Below, piece after piece: positions 1 through 7,794 of a stretch of DNA of 64,000 nucleotides. Position numbers and translations under genes: made by a program. Origin of the DNA: Spirochaetia bacterium (GTDB lineage Bacteria; Spirochaetota; Spirochaetia; SZUA-6; Bin103); assembly GCA_965215345.1 (NCBI GenBank), contig CBDCDL010000001.1, forward strand, positions 845,601 to 909,600. Reading direction: 5' to 3'. The notes under the pieces are model-generated. The model did not search any database. It was not told the DNA's origin and saw only the letters and a list, made by a program, of their open reading frames with translations. Position 1 is the stretch's first letter; each line of letters starts with the position of its first letter.

Positions 1-229
1 CGAGGAGTTGGCGCTGCGCTACGTCGCCTCGCTCGGAGGCATCACCGGCGTCGTGGTCGGAATGGAGACCCACGAGCAGATGGAGCGCAATGTGGCCGCC
101 GTCCTGGCCGGCCCCCTGGCCGGCCCGCTCGTGGAGGCCATCGGTGAGGCGGTGCCCGACCTACCGGACGACATCATCAACCCCGGCTTCTGGCGGTGGA
201 TCCGGGACTACGACTGGGGCACGCGCTGA
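1..229 (+). CDS. aldo/keto reductase-like protein, C-terminal fragment (5' end outside window)
   Basis: The frame is open from the window edge to a TGA at 227-229. The tail ...LRYVASLGGITGVVVGMETHEQMERNVAAV... resembles the C-terminal region of AKR-type oxidoreductases. Assigned from memory only. Confidence 0.5.
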   Translation, partial: EELALRYVASLGGITGVVVGMETHEQMERNVAAVLAGPLAGPLVEAIGEAVPDLPDDIINPGFWRWIRDYDWGTR

Positions 230-231
230 AG

Positions 232-798
232 CTACTGCACTGCGTATTCGATGCGCCGTGCCAACGAGTCGAAGTCTTCGACGCACTTCTGGCGAATCGC
301 CGATATCCGTCGCGCTGCTTCTTCCCCCAGTCGCTTGCGCCCGCCTCCAGGGCCGTCGGCCACTCCGCGCTCTTTGGCAAGTACGTCGAAGTACCGTTCT
401 TTGACGTGAATCTCGGCGCGTACCTCGGTCCAAGTCCAGCCTGAGAGCATTTTCAGGCCGGCCAGAACCCACGTCTCCACCTCTTCCCATGCATTCTCAG
501 CGAGAAAGGTCGGACCCCTTCCGAACTTGGCTTTGAGGTGATCGAGCCGTTCGCGGCGTCCCGTTACTCCGTCTCGATCCACACACAGAATGAAGAGATC
601 CGTCATTCCTCCGTAACGCGCCACAATCTCGGCCAACAGGTCCGGTTTCAAGGCTTCGCTAATGCCTCGCAGCAATGGATCCTGACAGACGCGGATCTGC
701 GCTCTCGATCTATCCAACGATCGCAAGAGCCGTTCGAACAACGGCTTGAGGATGTATTGGTCTTTGCGGAAGTCCTCCGGGATGACGAGTATGTTCAC
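232..798 (-). CDS. small Toprim-like / DUF4276-like protein, partner of the upstream ATPase
   Basis: 188 aa if it starts at GTG 798-796, which overlaps the ATPase TGA (GTGA at 795-798). The N-terminal NILVIPEDF and central LFILCVDRDG give an E...DxD acidic pattern like Toprim-type nuclease partners. The extension to 966 in the ORF track lies inside the ATPase gene. Family name not verified. Confidence 0.55.
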   Translation of the reverse strand: MNILVIPEDFRKDQYILKPLFERLLRSLDRSRAQIRVCQDPLLRGISEALKPDLLAEIVARYGGMTDLFILCVDRDGVTGRRERLDHLKAKFGRGPTFLAENAWEEVETWVLAGLKMLSGWTWTEVRAEIHVKERYFDVLAKERGVADGPGGGRKRLGEEAARRISAIRQKCVEDFDSLARRIEYAVQ

Positions 799-2096
799 GC
801 AGGATGCTCGTCGCCGTTCTTGCGGCTCTCGGTGAAGGCGAGCGCGTCTTCCATCCATCCAGACGTGTGGAGACGCCCCAGACTCTGCGACTCGCGTAAC
901 TCCGCCGCCTTGTGAAGTTCGGAAACCGGTCGGATGATCGCGTCGGTCGTCTCCGGGAGCCTGCACACGACGGACGTGTTTTCGAACGTGCGGTCGCCAA
1001 TCATGCTGAGAAGCTCGGGGGAGTGCGTAGTGGTCACCACCTGAGTCCCGCCCTTCGCGGTTTGACCCTCGATGAGGTCGAGCAGCAGGCGCAGTCGTGA
1101 CGGGTGGATTCCGTTGTCGATCTCCTCAAAGAAATACAGGCGAGCCGGATCGGTTCCGAGGAGCGCGGCAAGGATGGCGAGAAAACGCAACGTGCCGTCC
1201 GAGGCGCTGTAGGACGACACCCTCCTTCCGTCTGCATCCCGGATCAGGAGCTGGACTCGACCACTGATCGGGTCGACTGGAAAATCGAAGTCCCGTACGT
1301 CCATCGGTGTCAGCTCGCGGGTCCACTCGGTGAGCGTTTCCCGTCGCTCCGCATCAGCGCAGATTTCCCGCAGGACTGTCGGCAAGTTCTCGCCGCTGTC
1401 GCCGAGGATAGTCTGCCCTGGGAACGATGGCTGCCGGATCCGATCCGGAGCCAAATCGAGGAAGCGCATGCTGGCGAATATGTCGATGACTGCCTGGATC
1501 TGTTCCTTGTGTACCCGCGCGGCGTGCTTGATTTCCCGGATTTGTGTAAGGGCCGGTTGATCGTTGCGTACGTTGACCCGATGTCCAACTTTCCGCTGGT
1601 TTCCCGTCTTTGCCATGCGGAGCTGCAGTGACCTTTCGTCGTCCGAGCGGGGGAGACGGTCGGCTGTATACACTGGGTGACTCGTATAGGTTGGTTCGTG
1701 CCAACTCGGCGACCGAAGTTCCTCCATTTCGACTCGGAACCCACTCTGGCTTCCTTCGTTGCCGCTCAGTTCGATCCGCTGGCCGAACGTCAAGGATCGC
1801 CTTTCCTTCGTTGTCCGAACTGTGACCTGAATGCCGAACACGTTGCTCTCGAATCGGCTGATCTCGTTGGCGGCTCCTCGGATTTGCTCCCACTCGACGT
1901 GCCCGCCGGCTCCGTACTTGCCGCCGATGATGTCGGCGAGCGCGTAGCGTCGGCCGATGCCATGAAGGATCCGGAAGGCGTCGCGGATGTTGCTCTTGCC
2001 GCTGGCGTTCGCACCGACGATCACGGTGAACGGGCCAACGCGAAGCGTCTCGTCGGCGAAGTTCTTGAAGTCGCGGAGCTCCAACGCCGTTATCAT
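795..2096 (-). CDS. ABC-type (AAA_15/AAA_21-like, SMC/RecF/OLD-class) ATPase
   Basis: 433-aa ORF with Walker A GANASGKSN near the N-terminus. Walker B/D-loop LYFFEEIDNGIHP and H-loop TTTHSPELL lie near the C-terminus, with a long insert between them. G+C is about 55-62% in sampled 60-nt lines versus about 70% in the flanks. Confidence 0.85.
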   Translation of the reverse strand: MITALELRDFKNFADETLRVGPFTVIVGANASGKSNIRDAFRILHGIGRRYALADIIGGKYGAGGHVEWEQIRGAANEISRFESNVFGIQVTVRTTKERRSLTFGQRIELSGNEGSQSGFRVEMEELRSPSWHEPTYTSHPVYTADRLPRSDDERSLQLRMAKTGNQRKVGHRVNVRNDQPALTQIREIKHAARVHKEQIQAVIDIFASMRFLDLAPDRIRQPSFPGQTILGDSGENLPTVLREICADAERRETLTEWTRELTPMDVRDFDFPVDPISGRVQLLIRDADGRRVSSYSASDGTLRFLAILAALLGTDPARLYFFEEIDNGIHPSRLRLLLDLIEGQTAKGGTQVVTTTHSPELLSMIGDRTFENTSVVCRLPETTDAIIRPVSELHKAAELRESQSLGRLHTSGWMEDALAFTESRKNGDEHPA

Positions 2097-2105
2097 GATA
2101 ACAGT

Positions 2106-3452
2106 CTATCCGTCAGTTGCCGCCGCCTTGACCAGGGGATCACGAATGGCATCGGCTACCGCATCGACCAGCTCGTCGACCATCTGCGGCGTGGTCGGGA
2201 CGGAGATCGAGCACATCCCCAGGGTGTGGCCCAGGAAGAAGCCGCGGTCGAGCAGGGCCAGGAAGAGGGGCGACACCCAGCGCTTGTCCGCATCGAGCGA
2301 CGAGCGGTAGTCGCGCGGCGGCTCCGCGCGGAAGTGGATGGCGAACGCGGATCCGTTGTTGTGCGCCGAGGTCGGCACCGGGCAGGCGGCCAACGCCGTG
2401 CGGAGCCCGCGCGTCAGGCGGTCGCCCAAGGCGGCCAGGTGCTCGAAGGCGGCCGGCGTCAACTCGCGCAGCATCGCCAGGCCCGCAGCCAAGGTCACCG
2501 GGTGGCTGGCGAAGGTGCCGCTCTGGCCGATGCCCCGCCCGGCCGCCGGATCGTACCAGTCCATGATGTCGGCGCGCCCGCCGAAGGCGCCCACCGGGAA
2601 GCCGCCGCCGACGATCTTCCCGAACGTGGTCAGGTCGGGCGTGATCCCGTAGTACTCCTGGGCGCCGCCGCGTGCCAGCCGGAAGCCGACGATCTCGTCG
2701 AAGACCATCAGCACGCCGTGCCGGGCGGTGATCTCGCGCACGCCGCGGATGAAGTCCGCCGGCAGATCCAGGACGCCGCTCTTCGGATCCAGCATGACGC
2801 ACGCCAGCTCGCCGGCGTGCTCGGCGATCAGCCGCTCGGCCGCCTCCAGGTTGCCCAGGGGCAGCACCATCGTGTCGGCCACCGCCCCGGCCGACATGCC
2901 GATCGCCTGCGCGTAGGGCAGCGGGCGCTCGGCCGGGCCGGCCTCCTCCAGCGGGGGCGCGACCGAGACCTCCACCGAGTCGTGGCTGCCGTGGTAGCAG
3001 CCCTCGAACTTGGCGATCAGGTTCCTGCCGGTGAACGCGCGCGCCAGGCGTACCGCGTGCAGGCTCGCCTCCGTCCCGGAGTTGGTGAAGCGCGCCCGTT
3101 CCAGGCTGGCCACGCGGTTGCACAGCTCCGCGCACGCCTCGGTCTCGTGCCCCATGGGCGCGCCCAGGGCAACCCCGCGCTGCAACTGCGCCTGCACCGC
3201 CGCCATCACGGCCGGGTGGTTGTGGCCCAGGATCTGACCGGTGTGGTGGTTGGCGAAGTCGGCGTACCGGTTGCCGTCCACGTCGAACAGGTACGGGCCG
3301 TCGCCGCGCTCCATGGTCAGCGGGTAGGGGCGGTAGAAGTAGGCGCCCTTGGCGACGCCGCCCGGAGTGGCGTCCGCGTCGGCCATAAAGCGCTCCAGGG
3401 AGCGGGGAGTGGCGGCGAAGAAGCGCGCCTCGAGCTCATTTGCCGGTTTCAT
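2106..3452 (-). CDS. class III (glutamate-1-semialdehyde aminomutase-like) PLP aminotransferase
   Basis: 448 aa. Shows GSA-AT-like blocks: YLFDVDGNRYADF, GHNHPAV, CYHGSHD, VFDEIVGFR and a PLP-lysine context TTFGKIVGGGFP. Confidence 0.9.
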   Translation of the reverse strand: MKPANELEARFFAATPRSLERFMADADATPGGVAKGAYFYRPYPLTMERGDGPYLFDVDGNRYADFANHHTGQILGHNHPAVMAAVQAQLQRGVALGAPMGHETEACAELCNRVASLERARFTNSGTEASLHAVRLARAFTGRNLIAKFEGCYHGSHDSVEVSVAPPLEEAGPAERPLPYAQAIGMSAGAVADTMVLPLGNLEAAERLIAEHAGELACVMLDPKSGVLDLPADFIRGVREITARHGVLMVFDEIVGFRLARGGAQEYYGITPDLTTFGKIVGGGFPVGAFGGRADIMDWYDPAAGRGIGQSGTFASHPVTLAAGLAMLRELTPAAFEHLAALGDRLTRGLRTALAACPVPTSAHNNGSAFAIHFRAEPPRDYRSSLDADKRWVSPLFLALLDRGFFLGHTLGMCSISVPTTPQMVDELVDAVADAIRDPLVKAAATDG

Positions 3453-3536
3453 CGTGGGAGTCCGGGTCGACTATAGCAGCCGGTGCCCCGCGGAGCGCCG
3501 GTGCACGCCGTGAATGGCCGCGCTACCATCGCCGCC

Positions 3537-4976
3537 ATGTCGAACATGAACGTCGTCTGCATCTGCCTGGACACGTTTCGGGCGGACATCGTGGGCTCAG
3601 GCAAGAAGTACAGCCACGTCCGGACCCCCAATCTCGATGCCCTGGCCGCGCAGAGCATCCGCTTCACGCGCGCCTTCGGGGAGTGCCAGCCGACGCTGCA
3701 GATCCGGCGCGGGCTGTTCACCGGGCGGCGCAGCTTCCCGTTCCGGTACCACTTCGACCGGCGCGGCCACTGGCACCACGCGCCGGGGTGGCACAAGATC
3801 CCGCCTGACCAGGACACCATCGCCGAGGTGCTGCTGGCGCGCGGCTACCTCACCGCCCTGATCGCCGACACCTACCACATGTTCAAGCCGACCATGAACT
3901 ACTCCCGCGGATTCGCCCACCTCGACTTCGTCCGCGGGCAGGAATCCGACAACTGGAAGAGCGGCGATCCGCGCTTCGTCGAGGAGCAACTCCGCCGCCA
4001 CGTGCGCGAGCCGATCGACTGGCCGCGGCACGCCACCCTGGTCAACTACCTGCTCAACCAGCGCCACCGGCAGTCGGAGGACGACTACAGTTGCGCCCGC
4101 GTGTTCCGCGCGGCCTGCGACTGGCTGCAGGACAACCGTGCGATGAAGCCGTTCTTCCTCTGGATCGACAGCTTCGATCCGCACGAGCCGTGGGATCCGC
4201 CGAAGGCGTATGCCGATCTCTACCATCCGGACTATTCGGGCAAGGACTTCATCATGCCAGGGGCTGCGCAGGAGGACGCGACGGAGGAGGAGCTCCGCCG
4301 CATCGAGGCGCTCTACCTGGGCGAGGTCACGTTCGTGGACAAGTGGGTGGGCGCGTTGCTGGACAAGCTGGAGGAGCTGAAGCTGTTCGACGACACGCTG
4401 GTGGTCTTCGTGTCCGACCACGGCACGCAGCTCCGCGACCAGGGTCGCTTCGGCAAGTCGGACCGGGAGCTGCATCCGTTCAACACGCAGTTGAACCTGT
4501 GCCTGCGCCATCCCGGCGGGCCGGCCGACTGCGACGTCACGGCGCTGGTGCAGAACCACGACCTGATGCCCACGATTCTTGCGCGGCTGGGCGTCCCGTG
4601 CGGCTGGACCGACGGCGAGGATCTCTGGCCGCTGGTCACCGGCAAGAAGACGGCGATCCGGGAGCGGATCGTCACCGGCTGGGCGGACGGCTCGCCCGGC
4701 AACGCGCGGGCGCGGGTGAGCGTCCGCGACGACCGGTGGAACTACTGCACGGCGGTCGGCTACGAGGACGAGGACCGGGACGAGTTGTTCGACCTTGGCG
4801 ACGACCCCAAAGAGCGCCACAACGTCGTGGCCGACCATCCGCAGGTGGTGGCCGAGTGCCGGGCCGAGGTGGAGGCGCTGATCGGCCAGCCGCTTCCCGG
4901 GACGATGGTGGAGATGTCCGACCCGGCCATGGGGCCGATGCTCGAATGGCTGGACCGCAAGCTGCGCGAGCTGTAG
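3537..4976 (+). CDS. sulfatase-family hydrolase with atypical active-site motif
   Basis: Start MSNMNVVCICLDTFRAD... is a typical sulfatase N-terminus (an alternative GTG lies at 3483). DSFDPHEPW and VFVSDHG blocks are present. The formylglycine motif region reads CQPTLQIRRGLFTGR rather than CxPxRxxxxTGR. Confidence 0.8.
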   Translation: MSNMNVVCICLDTFRADIVGSGKKYSHVRTPNLDALAAQSIRFTRAFGECQPTLQIRRGLFTGRRSFPFRYHFDRRGHWHHAPGWHKIPPDQDTIAEVLLARGYLTALIADTYHMFKPTMNYSRGFAHLDFVRGQESDNWKSGDPRFVEEQLRRHVREPIDWPRHATLVNYLLNQRHRQSEDDYSCARVFRAACDWLQDNRAMKPFFLWIDSFDPHEPWDPPKAYADLYHPDYSGKDFIMPGAAQEDATEEELRRIEALYLGEVTFVDKWVGALLDKLEELKLFDDTLVVFVSDHGTQLRDQGRFGKSDRELHPFNTQLNLCLRHPGGPADCDVTALVQNHDLMPTILARLGVPCGWTDGEDLWPLVTGKKTAIRERIVTGWADGSPGNARARVSVRDDRWNYCTAVGYEDEDRDELFDLGDDPKERHNVVADHPQVVAECRAEVEALIGQPLPGTMVEMSDPAMGPMLEWLDRKLREL

Positions 4977-4978
4977 CG

Positions 4979-5836
4979 ATGAACCAGCTCACGCCAACGG
5001 CGGCGGAACGCGCCGCGGAGCGGTTCGGTGACGCCGCGCTGCAGCGGGCGGTCACGGCGCTGCAGGCCGACGGCTACGTGGTGATCGACGACGTGATCGA
5101 CCACGCCCACCTCGACCGGCTGCAGGAGCGGATGATCCAGGACCTGGAGAAGATCCGCGCACTGCCCCCGGTGCCGCACAACTTCGTGTGGGGCAACATC
5201 CAGCAGACCCCGCCCCCTGATGACGGCCTGGTGTTCCGCGACGTGATGGCCAACCCGTTCGTGTGCCAGGTGACCCGCGCGGTGCTGGGCTCAGGCGCGT
5301 TCAACAACACCCTGACCGGCAACACCAACGTCCCCGGCAGCGGGCTGCAGCCCGTGCACGTCGACGACGGTCAGCTCTGGCCGAACCTGAGCGTGGCGCA
5401 TCCGCCGGCGCGGCTGGTGGTGAACGTCCCCCTGAGCGAGACCACGGAGGAGAACGGCGCCATCGAGCTGTGGCCCGGCACGCACCTCGACACGCTCATG
5501 GTGATCGGCAACAACATCCGGGTGCCGGTGGAGCACGTCGCCGCGCGGCGAGCCGTGCGCGGACCGCTCCGGGGGTATACCCGCAAGGGGGCGGTGCTGA
5601 TTCGGGACATGCGGCTGTGGCATCGAGGCACGCCCAACCGCAGCGCAGCGCCACGTTTCATGATCGCAATGATCCACACCGTCGCGTGGTATCGACGGGG
5701 CTCCCGCGCCGAGCTGGCGCAGGAGTGCGCGCCGGTGTTCGCCGGCTGCCCGATCGAGAACGTGATCCCCCTGGTGCCCGCGCCGAAGGACCACCTGACC
5801 GGCAACAGGCCGTACGACTACTCCGGTCCCGACTGA
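4979..5836 (+). CDS. phytanoyl-CoA dioxygenase (PhyH) family Fe(II)/2-oxoglutarate oxygenase
   Basis: The ATG lies 3 nt after the sulfatase stop. 285 aa with DGYVVIDDVI, VHVDDG (HxD) and RLWHRGTPN blocks. The 581-aa ORF-track version is an upstream shadow overlapping the sulfatase gene. Confidence 0.85.
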   Translation: MNQLTPTAAERAAERFGDAALQRAVTALQADGYVVIDDVIDHAHLDRLQERMIQDLEKIRALPPVPHNFVWGNIQQTPPPDDGLVFRDVMANPFVCQVTRAVLGSGAFNNTLTGNTNVPGSGLQPVHVDDGQLWPNLSVAHPPARLVVNVPLSETTEENGAIELWPGTHLDTLMVIGNNIRVPVEHVAARRAVRGPLRGYTRKGAVLIRDMRLWHRGTPNRSAAPRFMIAMIHTVAWYRRGSRAELAQECAPVFAGCPIENVIPLVPAPKDHLTGNRPYDYSGPD

Positions 5837-5841
5837 TAGCG

Positions 5842-6721
5842 CTACAGGCCCCACCGCTTGCGGGCTTCGGCCATCGGGATGACCGCGGTCGCGTAGTGGC
5901 CGGTGGGGGAGTCTCCGCCCCAGCGCTCGTCCATCGGCTCCGAGGCCGGCTGATAGCGGACATCGCAACTGATGCGGAATCGGTTGGTGGTGTTGTTGGT
6001 GGAGCCGTGCAGGGTGTAGAGCCCGAAGGTGATGATGTCGCCGGCGTGGACGTCCGCCGTGAGCCAGCGGCCGCCGAATCGCTCGCGGATCTCTTCCGGA
6101 TCCTCGCTGAACCATCCCTGGGTGCGGTCGCGATCCACGTCGCTCCTGCCGTACGTCTCCCGCACCCGGGCGAAGCTGTCCAGGCGGTGCGACGCTTCGC
6201 ACACGGCCAGCGTGCCGTGCGCGATCGGGATGTCGCCGAACGGGATCCAGACGGTGTTCACGCGCTCGCTGCCGCGGCCCATGTACACCACGTCCATGTG
6301 CGATCCGGTGAACTGCTCGTTGCCCACCGCACGCAGCCACTTATGGGTGAACGTCGCCGGCTCCTCCCCATAGAGACGGCGATAGAACGAGTACAGCTCC
6401 GGTGCTTCGAGCACGCGCAGGACTTCCGGCCGGTAGGCGACCCGTTTTCATGCCGACGCTCCGGCCGTCACGCGGCATCACGCCTTCCATGAGCGGCGTG
6501 CCCTCGACCAGCGCGTGCTGCTCCCGCAGGTGCTCCAGCACCACGCGGCGCGCCTCCAGAACCGCGCCGCGGTCGATCAGCCCGCGGATGAACAGGTACC
6601 CGTCGGTGGCGATGCGGCGGCGCAACTCGTCGACGTCGGCCAGCGAGTCCGTGCTGTCGCGCAGGTAGCCGAGCTCCGCGCTCGGGAACTCCGCCTGCGT
6701 GCGTTGAAACTCGACTCGCAT
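5842..6721 (-). pseudogene. PhyH family dioxygenase interrupted by a +1 frameshift in an A4 run
   Basis: The N-terminal 90 aa (ORF 6341..6721) and C-terminal 190 aa (ORF 5842..6414) are both PhyH-like. The two frames meet at T4/A4 6445-6448. Removing one A gives the continuous sequence ...GRSVGMKRVAYRPEVLRVLEAPELY... Confidence 0.75.
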
Positions 6722-6813
6722 GGGCAGCGGCTACACGCTGTCATGCCACCGGGCCGGTCATCAACCGGAGTGCGAGACTCACGGTCAGCAAGGTGTGGGT
6801 TAGGCTCATCGGA

Positions 6814-7794
6814 ATGCACAGCACATCCGAGCATGCCCTGCTGATCGTGAAGCCGGACGGTGTGCAGCATCCCGAGTTTCCGTGGATGCTCGACAGGCGG
6901 CTGGCGGAGTTGTCGCTCCGTCAGGTCGCAGCCAGGGACTTGGTTCTGAGCAGTGCGCAGGCTCGCACGTTCTGGCGGGAAGGTGACGTCGAGGAGTACG
7001 TCGCGTACCTGCGCGAGGGGCCCTCGCGGGCGATCGTGGTCAGGGGAAGGCAAGCCACCTGGAAGTGCCGGCGGCTGAAGTCGGAACTGCGGAAGGCGTT
7101 CCACTGTAACAGTTACAGAAACCTCATCCATTCCACGGAACCGGGGAACGAGTACGAGGAGCAGTTCCAGCGGCTGTTTCCCGAGCTGAACATCGGCGGG
7201 CATGGGGTCTTCATCGATCAGATCGCCCTCGTGACGCCGGATCGCTTCGACTCGTTCGCGAGGCGAGCGGCGGATCACGGGACGCCCTGTTTGGCGCCCG
7301 TCCTGACCGGGAATCAGGCGATGGGTCAGGCGAGCCGGCTCGCTGCCTGGCTGCGGGGTTCCGGAGCGGTTCCATACGCCGGCATCCTGATCCGCGGGCT
7401 GTCGATGTCCGGGCATGATGACGCCCATGTCATCATGTATCTCGAAAGATACTGCGAGCTCTGCTTGCCCTCACGTTTACCTCGAGAGCTGACCCCGCTT
7501 GCCGCCCTCGCCGCGAACCTCGGAGCCGTCACGGTGTTGCTGCCCGGAACCGGGGATGCGTTCCTCCAGCCTGAGGTGATGGCCGGCGTGCGGGATTGCG
7601 GGGTGAGCGGCGTCGTGTGCTACTCCCCGGAATACGAGATGGCGAGGACGCACCGGCTCCGGTCGGCGGCATTCTCCGCCGGTCTGTTCTGCGTCGGCGG
7701 CAGCAACGGGCATCTGAATTGGGGAAGAAACAGCGTGTCGGAGGAGATGCACGACGCGCTGGCCGCGGCACTGGTCAGGTCAGGTCGCGGATGA
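6814..7794 (+). CDS. nucleoside-diphosphate-kinase-like domain fused to an uncharacterised about 190-aa C-terminal region
   Basis: The N-terminal about 130 aa aligns by eye with NDK: EHALLIVKPDGV, SSAQARTFW, GPSRAIVVRG and NLIHSTEP, which retains the phospho-His position. The C-terminal half has no motif I recognise. Alternative GTG start at 6793. Confidence 0.55.
   Translation: MHSTSEHALLIVKPDGVQHPEFPWMLDRRLAELSLRQVAARDLVLSSAQARTFWREGDVEEYVAYLREGPSRAIVVRGRQATWKCRRLKSELRKAFHCNSYRNLIHSTEPGNEYEEQFQRLFPELNIGGHGVFIDQIALVTPDRFDSFARRAADHGTPCLAPVLTGNQAMGQASRLAAWLRGSGAVPYAGILIRGLSMSGHDDAHVIMYLERYCELCLPSRLPRELTPLAALAANLGAVTVLLPGTGDAFLQPEVMAGVRDCGVSGVVCYSPEYEMARTHRLRSAAFSAGLFCVGGSNGHLNWGRNSVSEEMHDALAAALVRSGRG

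Noticed and set aside
1677-3476. 599-aa plus-strand ORF
   Set aside because: It is antisense to the well-supported aminotransferase gene. The translation is Arg/Ala/Gly/Val-rich and low in complexity with no motifs, which is the typical shadow ORF of high-GC DNA.
4091-5836. Long N-terminal extensions of ORFs 4091..5836, 39960..41261, 41757..43142, 45084..47330 and 46070..48388
   Set aside because: The extensions overlap the preceding well-supported genes in another frame and are low-complexity. Internal ATG/GTG starts with sensible spacing were used instead.
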